Shown here piece by piece: positions 34,905 through 44,992 of a stretch of 46,689 nt of DNA. Origin of the DNA: Octopus sinensis (taxonomy: Eukaryota); contig NW_021834534.1 in NCBI RefSeq assembly GCF_006345805.1, positions 1 to 46,689 on the forward strand, read 5' to 3'. Every line of letters begins with the position of its first letter. Position 1 is the stretch's first letter. Below the pieces are notes generated by a model. The model saw nothing but the letters and a program-made list of their open reading frames with translations, was not told where the DNA came from and searched no databases. The translations under genes and the position numbers were made by a program.

Positions 34905-36195
34905 ATGGGTTGGACTAAGTGCTTAATGATGGTTTGATCATATTATTTTATTTTCGAGATTCTCGTGGCGGGTCTCATGACAGCAAACATTAACATATTT
35001 TGCATTTACAACAATTGGGTTCAGGATAGGCCAGGGAGAGCAAAATTTGTCCCAGAAAACATAGATCCATTGCTATGCACACACATAATTTACCAACACG
35101 CAATTATCGAGAATTATACCATCTCCCCCTCTCGAGATAACGATGAGTCTACCGATTCTGGTTGTGCCTTCAACAGACACTCGCAGTTAAGGGAATGTAC
35201 GAACGAGTTCTGGACTTGAAATTGATAAATAAGGACCTTAAGGTCATTTTATCTATCGGTGGGTGTGGGGAAAAGAGCAACGGTTATTCCAAAGTCGTCA
35301 AGAATTTATCGACTACGGAGTCATTCGTGCAGGAAGCGTTACTGTATCTTGACAAACATAATTTCGATGGCATTAATATAGACTGGGAGTATCCTTCATC
35401 CAAACTTGCTTTTCTTACTTTAATTAGAGTAATCAATACGTCCACACTTTTAGACGTTGAGAAATAAAATTCAAATACTTGGCAAGAAAACGATACTTAG
35501 CGCCTCCCTAGCAGGGTATTTTGAAATTTTACAAAAATCGTATGATTTGTCCAACCTAAATAAGTACAATCATGTTGACATGCCTGTAGATACCTCGACT
35601 TTATCAATCTGCTCACGCACGATTTTTATAACGTCTCGTCCAATAAAACGCACTTGCACAGTCCGTTGTATTCGAATTGGCTACACAATCAGGTCTTTTG
35701 TTCATTTCACGGCAGAGGATTCCCGCACATTACTTGAAATACCAGATGATTCCCGCTGACAAAATTAATGTGGGAATTTCATTTTTTGGACGGACATTCA
35801 CGTTGTTGAATATTAATCATGCGGGTGTCGATGCACCAACAATAGGAGAAGGGCGGTTTGGTAAATACACTCTCGTTCCTGGATATTTGTCCTACTTCGA
35901 GGTCAGTCGTTCTGTGACGTCACAGATTTGCACTAAAAGTTTGTCAACTTCCTACGACACGAGTGGTAAATCGGCATTTGGAGTGGAGGGACACCAGTGG
36001 GTCAGTTATGATGACCCGACTACTCTCCGAACGAAAGTATACTCACTCTCCAGATAGTAGATAAATTTCATAAAGGACAACAAGTTTGGAATTTTTGTGC
36101 ATGCACTCGATTCTGATGATTTTAGTGGGCACTTTTGTGGGGAGGGCAAATACCCACTTCTCAATTCGATATTTCAGAGCATTAATCAAGTATAG
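34905..36195 (+). CDS. Secreted GH18 chitinase, catalytic domain only
   Basis: Fully spliceable with 23-27-nt introns: signal peptide MGWTKCLMM|ILVAGLMTA, IFCIYNNW, ENIDPLLCTHIIY, KVILSIGG, FDGINIDWEYP, YLDFINLLTHDF, KINVGISFFGRTF, YLSYFE|IC, QWVSYDD, FVHALDSDDFSG..GKYPLL. Stop TAG at 36193-36195. Confidence 0.95.
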
Positions 36196-36545
36196 TCAAT
36201 TAATTCCTTATTATTTAATTCCTTTTCCACCTAAGTAAAATATGAATCTTTAAATAACCGCCATTCCCTCAAATCGAACTGTCTGAAATAAGCTTTAAGA
36301 TCAACTGCGCTGATGACGAGTGGAATGCTCACCATAACCTAAAAAACGTTCATTGAGGCAAGAATAATGAGGAATATAATTGTCGCGTGTTGAAAGGATC
36401 GGAAAGGCGTAGAGTAGTTGTGCATGAGAGGGACGTTGTAGAGGTGCAAAATAAGCCGAGGAAACAACAAAATCCTAAAAAATCTTTAGAGTTATGTTAA
36501 ATAGTTACCAAAAAATGAGAAATGGTGAATAGCAAATTTTGTTGA

Positions 36546-36740
36546 AAATATAGAGCAAGACCAACGTGCAAAGCACAATTATCTAGTATAGATAAATATG
36601 ACAATGTTTGGTGAGATTATGCAAAATAGACGTTGAGTCGTGCATAAAGAGAAGCACCATTTCAACCAAATGGGTTCTAGTCTATATATCTACCAAAAAC
36701 TGAATCAAGTCGGAAATATAGAGCAAGGCCAACGTGCAAA
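36546..36740. repeat. 27-bp direct repeat pair, 168 bp apart
   Basis: AAATATAGAGCAAG(A/G)CCAACGTGCAAA at 36546-36572 and 36714-36740, one mismatch. Confidence 0.7.
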
Positions 36741-37070
36741 AGTGGTGGAAAATTAAAATGTAGCAATCAGAAATAATAGTCTTAAAAACACGCCTGTACA
36801 ACAGGAATTCAGACAAAAGGAAAGATAAATTCCCCACATGTCATGTCAGTTTGACATTGTACAGCAGTTCCCTGCAGGGTTGTGGGTCTTTGATAATAGA
36901 TTATTATTATTTGATGATAGATTGCATTCAGCTTAGGGAACTAAACGACAGATTCATCAAAATAGTATTTTTGTTTGAATTTGTATTAAAGCCATCAAAC
37001 GATTATGTGAACATAATAAGAAAATTTGTTAATTTGTTAGTCTAAACTAACGGTGCTCACGCCTTAATTA

Positions 37071-38951
37071 TTACTTTTTGAATATAGGATGCTTTTTCCT
37101 ACCACTAACACAATCTATCAAAACCTTTCCCTTTTTGTTTATGAGTGCTGTCACCACTTTATTTCCCATCCCAAGTCTCTGTCGATTTTTCCAAACCAAA
37201 TCTCCGTCTCTCAAGGGACCGGACCCCTCAGCCCAAATATTGATCGATTGTCCCGCAACCAATTCGTAATATGGAAAGGTGAAAGTGTAGTTTTCCATAT
37301 TATCAATCTTCTGAACAATTTGCCACCCTTCCAGGTTTTCATCCTGGATCTTATTAAAGCTTAAACTTTGTATTCGTTCGTGTTTTCGATGCTGATGAAT
37401 AATCCCTCGGAATTCACATCGACTATCGAAATCGGACCTTTTTCATTCCTCTGGTAGCTGATTTGTCTTTCGAGAACATTTTGCGAATTAGAATAAGTGG
37501 CGTTCTCTATAAACTGTTGGTTGAAATTCTCTAAAGAAGCTGGAAATCCAAAACAACAGAAAACCTTCTATATTTGCTGCCTTGACGTTTTCATTCGTAT
37601 TTTCCGATATTATTTTCTGGATTCCAAATCTACGTGACTATACCGTTCCAACCTGCCTTCCTCCGATTCGAGGAGTTTCCTATAGGACATTATTTCCATC
37701 TGCAGCGACACGTTGTCATCCACAATCGCTTGTACCTCTGCCAACTTATCCTGAAGAGTCCTTTGAATTTCTATTAGTTCGTTATCCTTTTCGGCAGAGA
37801 TTTGAGCCATCCCCATTTTCAATTCGAGTATGTTTTTTCTTAACTTCTCGTTTTTTTCTCTCAAAATGTCGTTCTGCAGGCTAAGTCTTATCGAACCTAA
37901 CCTTCTGTGTCAATTCGGAAGTCTGATTTTTAACTTCCATATTTGTGTCGTTTATACCATCAAGCTGTCCTATCATTCCGGGAGATATGTTGGAACTTTG
38001 GAGGCAAGCGGACTGCATCTCATCGACCTGGTGTGCAAGTTATTCCCAACCTTGCAGTCATACAAACACTCCATTTCAAGACGAATGCTTTCGAGTCTAT
38101 TTTCGTACTCAGATTGAATTTCCTTAATACAGTTCGAGAATTCCACGTTCCACCATTCTTTGGATTGCGCGAATTGGTCGTCATTTGCGAGAGCTCGCAG
38201 ATCTTTCAATTCCTGCTTTCTTGAGAAACATTTGCCTACCTGCTCGTGAATGTCTTTGGAAAATTCGAGCTGCTCATTCAATGACTGACATTTGTTTTGA
38301 ATGTCATTGCGAATCAGGCCTTCTCTCATCAGGTCCTATCTTGGTCATACACTACTCATTCACATTTCTAGCTGTGACTAAGTCTTGGTCAAATTTGGCA
38401 ATTAATTCCATGTCTTTTATTTGCTCGGATTTAATTAAACTGAGTTTCTTTTCTGCGTTTTCTATCTTTTGAACAGTCGATTGGATGAGGTCGTCTAACT
38501 TGAGACTTTGCGCAACATTTTTTTCCTCCAAAATCTCGAGTTTGCCAATTCTGATAAATGAATGTTGGGTACCTATTTCGCAATTCATCACATTCAGTTT
38601 CATTCTGTGCCATTCTCGATTTATATTCATTTTTCTCTCGTTCTGTGTTGTCCAGGATGTCTCTCAGCTGACCTATCTCCGCGTCGTACATTTCTCTTAT
38701 CGACGTGGTTTCTCTTCGAATAGAGTTCTTTAACGTCTCCAATTCTTCTATTAACTGACTGGTCGTTGAATATTTCTCGCGTGATACGTCCATGTATTCA
38801 GAGAGGCGGGTGTTGAGGTCTTGCATTTCGAATGCTTCTTTTATTCTTGTGTCTTTCAGATATTCGACATCTGAACAGACGTTTTAAAATTCATTGAACC
38901 TATAATGGTGTTTCCGAGAGTTTTTAGTGTAAATGTCGCTTCTCTTCTCAT
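37071..38951 (-). CDS. Lamin-family intermediate filament protein (rod plus lamin tail domain); 3' end uncertain
   Basis: MRREATF..|DVEYLKDTRIKEAFEMQDLNTRLSEYMD (coil 1A), MYDAEIGQLRDILD, LQMEIMSYRKLLESEEGRL (rod end). LTD SYQRNEKGPISIVDVNSEGLFISIEN..|DENLEGWQIVQKID..YTFTFP..LVAGQSINIWA..DLVWKN..LGMGNKVVTALINKKG. Confidence 0.92.
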
Positions 38952-39730
38952 TTAGTAATCCTGCGCCATTCACTGCTTTATAATGCGAAAAAACGCCGAA
39001 TAGTCACGCACTTATTTTCGTGCAGCTAAATCTCAAAGACAATATCGATATTCGACAGGCAAAGTGGTGATATCCCGATCATCTCAATAAAATCCAAAAC
39101 CATATTTAAAGCTCTACATATACCATGGGCAATAAAAAAATAACAATGGGTTTTGTGGGAAACATTTTTGAATGAAATTCTTCATCGATTAAGCCAATAA
39201 AATTTCGACAAGTAAAAAAATCGTTGAGTTTAATTCAAGTTAATTCTTATTTTTATATTAATTCTGGTTCTTCACTATTATGGAATCTCTTTCTATAAAG
39301 TTGAAACTGACCTTGCAGTAAATTGGCAAAAAACGCAATGCCTAAAATTGAAAGTCACATTTCCTAAAAATTTTAGTGACTTGATTCAAAAAAATGAATT
39401 CAGGTCATGAAAATTTATTTCAAAATTATTTTATCTGTTTAGTACAATACTGAATTAATATAAGCTTAGACTAGTTAGAATCTAACTGTTAGATTGTATA
39501 GAAAAGAGGAATGTAACCGGACATATTAATAAATTTAATATCTTTATTTTGAATAAATGCTATTTTTGAGTGGAAGTTAATTTATGGCTTTAATTGTCGA
39601 GTGCGGTTTTCAATCTTAATTCTTTAAAAAGAAAACCTTTTTTCACTAGAATCGACATAAACCGACATTTCCTCAATTATATTTGGATTGATGAACTGCT
39701 AAAATATAAAATTGTATTAAAATATATAAA

Positions 39731-40738
39731 TTAATTAAATAACCTGCACGACTGGCACTTGTCGGTCGCAAGCTTCCTAAACTGAGTATAAATTATGCGC
39801 ACCTTTGCTGCCAAGAAAAATTTTTTGAACTCTTGTTGGTTTTCAGCAAAGACAGAGAACATTTGAAAGATACTCTTGGCTGTTTCCTGTTCGCACGTAT
39901 AGAATTCTTCTGAAAAAATAACAAGGACTGAGGACGCAATATAATGTCGAGCGTATGCCCATATGAGTTGTACACGCCAGTGGCGTCGACAAGAAGAAGG
40001 TCGAAAATTCTCCATAATAGTCGCGAGGAAAAGGAATATTGGTGTAACTGATTAGTAAATCGAGTTACCTTGACTTTGAAAATTCCGCAGGCCAATTGCC
40101 CCAGATAGTGGCATAGTTCTAAATGCTGCAACAATACAGACCACAATATAATTACTTGTGATGTGCTCTTGGTGATGTTAGACCGGAATCTGGAATTGAT
40201 TTGGGCATTTATACATCTACTTGGTGTATGTGGGATCCTCCTGCAGTCGATCCACGACCCTCAACCTCTTCTTCAAATACGCCGCGTATGCTCTGAATGC
40301 ACTACGAATGTTATGACCTACCAACGTGGGTCCTCAAATATACCCATCCCAGTGTCGAATGCTGTCATATTGTCCAGTATGTGCGAGTTGTGAGCAACAT
40401 TGAGAGTGAACCCCTAACAGATTAACCGTTCTTAAAACTGGGTAGCCATATATAGTGAGGTAGTGAAGAGTAATTAGACTTTTAACGACTACAATCATAT
40501 TTGAACTGTGCAGACGGTTAGAAATAGAGGTAAGAAATGATTCGATTTGTTGAACTTTCATATCCTGAGAATGCTCCTCTAACCCTACTAGGTTTTCTAT
40601 TTTTAAAACACCTTTTAAATGCTTATTTTTGGGGGGAAGTTTCTCTTCAGTCGTAGCTTTATAAATTAGAAAAGAAATTTCATTTCTCCTATGAAGAACG
40701 GAATTCATGCGGTCATTAATTGATTGCCCTCCTAGCAT
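39731..40738 (-). CDS. PICALM/AP180-family ANTH-domain protein, ANTH-only
   Basis: MLGGQSINDRM..IYKATTEEKLPPKNKHL..SSNMIVVVKSLITLHYLTIYG..GHNIRSAFRAYAAYL..KSIFQMFSVFAENQQEFKKFFLAAK. Spliceable with 21-31-nt introns; stops shortly after the ANTH domain. Confidence 0.9.
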
Positions 40739-40929
40739 TCTCCGCCTTATTGTTTATGGATGTTCTTTTTAAATTACTGATATTTTATTCAATATTTTCA
40801 AATATAAAATCACATAAACGTATAAATAATATTATTTTAAAGCTGCTCTGAGCATTATTTTGATTATTTTTAATTTCATAAATTAAAGTACCTTTTTTTA
40901 TGAATAGCATATGGAAAGTTCTTGCAATC

Positions 40930-42080
40930 ATTACGCTAGAACGAACAAAACCTCGCACCAAACTATTTATATCCGCTTTTCACATCGGATTTCGGGAGGA
41001 AAGATCGACTTCTGACATCGTGTGAACCCATAGATGGCATTGTTCCGCCATTCAAAGGTTCAAAAATGCGACATACATTCTGGAATAGATATGTCAAGAG
41101 CTTTTGACTCGATTAATCGTCAGAAATTAATGGGAGTCCTCGCAGGATTCCTTGATAAATCTTCTATCCGGATGATCAGGGCACTCTTATCAGAAACCTA
41201 TCTATCGGTCAGGGTACGAGACAAGTGCTCTAAACCATTTGAAACAACATCTGGAACACCTCAAGGGGATTCGTTATCTCCTATACTGTTTGTCATATAT
41301 TTGGAAGCTGCATTGAGAGAACTAAAACCATACTATGAAGGAAAGATCAATGTGGTGGCATACACGGATGACGTGAATTTTATTTCTTCTGACAGAAACG
41401 CTCTGGAAAGCCTACTGGAGGTGATGCCAAATAGACTTGCTGAGTGGTTCCTCAATGTAAATGTGGAGAAAACAGAATTTACTGAACTAGCAAGACAGAA
41501 GTCTAAGCTGGACAAACATTGGAGAAAAGTAAGGAAACTCGGATCTCTATTGGGAGACGAACAAGACGTGATTATGCGAAAAACACATGCAAACAGTGCA
41601 CTACGCAACTTAAAAGAAAATTGGCTAAAATGCAAAGGGCTCAGCACAAAAACACGGATACGACTATACAATTCACTAGTGAAGCCTATACTCCTATATA
41701 ACGCCGGAACTTGGGGACTTTCCGCTACAGACAATGACAACCTAGACTCTTTCCATAGAGATCACCTCCGACGTACTCTAGCCTCCAAGTGGCATTCAAG
41801 GCTGAGGAGCAGAACAGTTTATCCCAGAACATCAAGCAAACCAATCTCGCTCAAAATTACCGAATGCAGATGGAGGCTGTTTGGACACATTCTAAGGATG
41901 GATTTGGATGCACCGGCAAACGCCGCTATTTCGAAGCTGGAGGCCAACGTTTCCGTAGGCGATCAAGAAATACTCTCCCGGGTACTCTGAATAGAGACCT
42001 AAAGAGGGCTGGTAAAGAATTGAAAGACGGGGACGATCTCGATGCACTACGGAACGTCGCCCAAGATCGCGGGAAATAAA
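40930..42080 (+). mobile_element. RTE-clade LINE 3' fragment (RT to 3' end)
   Basis: GIDMSRAFDSINR, GTPQGDSLSP, YTDDVNF, KVRKLGSLLG, VKPILLYNAGTW and RWRLFGHILRM. Related to but distinct from the RTE at 14267-17277. Confidence 0.92.
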
Positions 42081-42189
42081 ATAAACTAATTACTCGTATT
42101 GTTTCCTGTGCTGCACAAGCTTTGTCATGATCCATGGCATCGCGAAAGTGTCTATAATAATAATCGGCCATAAAAGATCTAAGACCATA

Positions 42190-42935
42190 TTATAAAGGTG
42201 GAACCGAGGAAAGAATTTATGCCGATGACGTGGACTTGATATCCGAAGCCAAATCCTCATTAATAGAACTTCTCGAACTTGCACCGTAGCAATTAAGAAA
42301 ATTCTTCCTTTATGTAAACAAAGAAAAAACTGATCTTGTGGAAGTAACAAGATCAAATGACAAAATCGATGAAAGATGGCGCCATGTACGAAAACTTGGC
42401 TCTCTTCTGGAAGACAGTGAGGATATTGCAAGGAGAAAAATGCTGGTATCTACAGCAATGCACAAACTCTGGAAGGAATGGCTATCATATGGATCAGCGA
42501 ATGTTGACCCGTGTTAATGTATAACTCCTCCACTTGGAGTTGCACAGATACGGAACTGACACGTCTTAACAGTTTCCACAGAGGACAATTGAGAAAACTG
42601 CTCAAAATGCAGTGGTCCTATAGAATATCCCGGGAGTCGTTATACAGAAAGTGTTCTACAAGACCACTTTGCATTGACATTGCTGAATCCCGCTGGAAGC
42701 TATTTGAACACATACTGAGAATGGACCACTCCGCACCCGCAAATACGGTGATGGAAGATTACTTCCAATGCGACAAACCACGGTTCCGGGGACGCCTACG
42801 CACTACGTTACTTGTCGTTCTGAACGCGGACCTTGCCCAAATCAAATCCTGTCTCAAGACCTATGATGACTTGGACAGGCTGTGGCTCACAACGCTTTAC
42901 CGAGGAAAATGCAGATGTGATATGGGGACATAGCT
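42190..42935 (+). mobile_element. Second RTE-clade fragment, more decayed
   Basis: YADDVDLIS..RHVRKLGSLLED..MYNSSTW..NSFHRGQLRKLL..RWKLFEHILRM..RGRLRTTL. Confidence 0.85.
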
Positions 42936-42964
42936 GGATCTGGTCAGAAATTTAAAATAGCGAA

Positions 42965-43215
42965 TAAAATGTTTGGCGCTGATATGAGCAAAACATTTGA
43001 AACGCTCCTCAGAGACAAGCTAATAGAAGTTTTCAAAACTATTCTTGACGATGACTTGATAAGAATGGTTTAAGCACTTTCTATGGACACTGAGTTGATA
43101 GTAAAAGTCGGGTCCGTAGAATAAAAGTCTTTCAAAACAAATATTGGAACACTCCAAGGTGATTCTGTATTATTCATCGTTTATTTTGAAGAGGAACTAA
43201 GAAATCTAAGAAAAC
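42965..43215 (+). mobile_element. Third RTE RT fragment
   Basis: FGADMSKTFE..TNIGTLQGDS..LFIVYFEEELR, with stops. Confidence 0.7.
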
Positions 43216-43270
43216 AATTAATATTCAGCTAAAAATATTGAAAAAGAGTCATTTAAAAAGGTTGAAATAA

Positions 43271-43640
43271 TTAGGATTCGCGAGTGGCTGCACCGCAAAT
43301 AGCAAACGAGTTACCTCTCAATATTGCTATAGATATTCTCTGGTACAGCCAGCTGGTTTCACGGTGGTCAAAGGTCTTCTTTCCGATCAGTTTTCTGATT
43401 ATAGACATAAGCCTCTTTTCAGCCGGCCCAATCACACCACTTGTCTCCACGGCAATTGGGACAAAGTTGTATGCGTCAGGAAGAAACGAAAACTACTGAA
43501 GACTGAGTCAATAACAAAAGTCCAGAGTTCTTTCAAATCAAAACGCTGGTGTACTCTTCCCAAAGCTGCCTTTTGATCCATGACCAAACTATCATGTCCG
43601 AATGCGGTATTCAGCAGGATAACCCACTGGGCCCATTGCT
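43271..43640 (-). mobile_element. CRE-clade retroelement 3' fragment
   Basis: YNFVPIAVETSGVIGP..FDHRETSWLYQRISIAILRGNSFAI..* is the typical CRE C-terminus. The frame is not in the ORF track. Confidence 0.85.
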
Positions 43641-44209
43641 GTTTAAACAATAAAGAATTTGTTAAAATTAAGCGTCTATGTTTTTTTACTTGATTCATAT
43701 TAATTATTTTAGATTTTGGAGAACTTTCTTAATCTGATATACAGTCCGACCCCCCAATAAAACCCCGGCCTTGAGACACCCTCTGTATATGGGGCACTTT
43801 TATTTCTAAAGTCCATTTTATAGCAAATTATTCAATTTTCTACCAATAGAATACTTTTTTAAAAAATTATCGACCCCGCTTATTGGGGTATTTTTTTAAT
43901 AATTTTAAATAATTCAATATCAGATTTAAATATCTATTGCAGATTTATTTTTAACTGCTTTACAGATGCCATACTTAATGTAAACATCAATGACGGTAAA
44001 TACCAATCATCTGAATTGTTAAATTTTTTAACGACTGTAAGATCTGCATGGAATCTTTCATTTGGTCTTTTGGCATTTACATAGAGTCGAAACCTGTTAT
44101 TAATTTTTTAATTTTATACTTTGTGGAATCGAAAACTTGCAAATTGAGCATTCTTTGACAACTCGTTCTATAATTTTCCACTTTATTGTAAAATAAGAGT
44201 GTAAATAAC

Positions 44210-44560
44210 TAGTTTGTGCTTTTGAAATCTTTAAAAAGATTGGGATATGTTGATAATAATTATGAAACCCATGAAGACAAGGCTAACGTGATCATTAGTG
44301 ATACATTGTCGATTATGTTTGAAACAAAATGCAGGACCCCTAAAGAAGGTCCATTATTCCATATTCTACTTTTTATCTACTTTGAGGCGATTTTTCGAGA
44401 CTGAAAACTGATTATTGGAATAGAAACAACTATGATAGCCTATGAAAATGATATCGACTTCATCTCCGATAATAAAAAACTAAAAGTCTTTTGTCAGACT
44501 GGTCAATAAAAGTGAAAATGGATATCAAGCAACTGGAAACTTAGATTGCCTATAGAAAAG
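44210..44560 (+). mobile_element. Fourth, very decayed RTE RT fragment
   Basis: CRTPKEGPLFHILLFIYFEAIFRD..IAYENDIDFIS parallels GTPQGDSLSPILFVIYLEAALRE..VAYTDDVNFIS. Confidence 0.55.
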
Positions 44561-44992
44561 TAGATAATAGCTGAAACAAAAAATGTTACCGGGTCTCTGA
44601 AATTTTTAGCAGAGATTACGGTTTAACACAAAAAAGAGTTATTTTAAAATTTCCACAAGAAAATATTACTATCTCAAAAATAAAGATGCATATTTTAACA
44701 AGAGAAGCTTTTTTGACACAAAAAAGATTGAAGGAAAGAGTCTTAATAACTTTTTGTGACAGGTGCACTAGGTAACTATTATAATACTCTGAAAGAATCA
44801 TCAACCCTTTTTCTAAAATTTCGAAAAAAAATTCAAATGACAAAATATAAAAGAATTATTTCAATTTGTGAAATTACATAGAAAAAATAATTTCGGTAAA
44901 CCTGGTTATTAATATTTTTCTAAAATAATATATTTATTTCAGTAAATAATGTTATGACGAGCTATTTAAATAGCAGAATATTTAAAAATTGA

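Noticed and set aside
22023-36195. Stop-codon (TAG) reassignment, suggested by in-frame TAGs at 22137-22139, 32142-32144 and near 36057
   Set aside because: Each TAG can be read as the end of a GT...TAG micro-intron, and the chitinase terminates normally at TAG.
43741-44150. TA-CAGTCCGACCCCCC pogo-like left TIR; also TGTTACCGGG at 44584
   Set aside because: No partner end or coding remnant identified.
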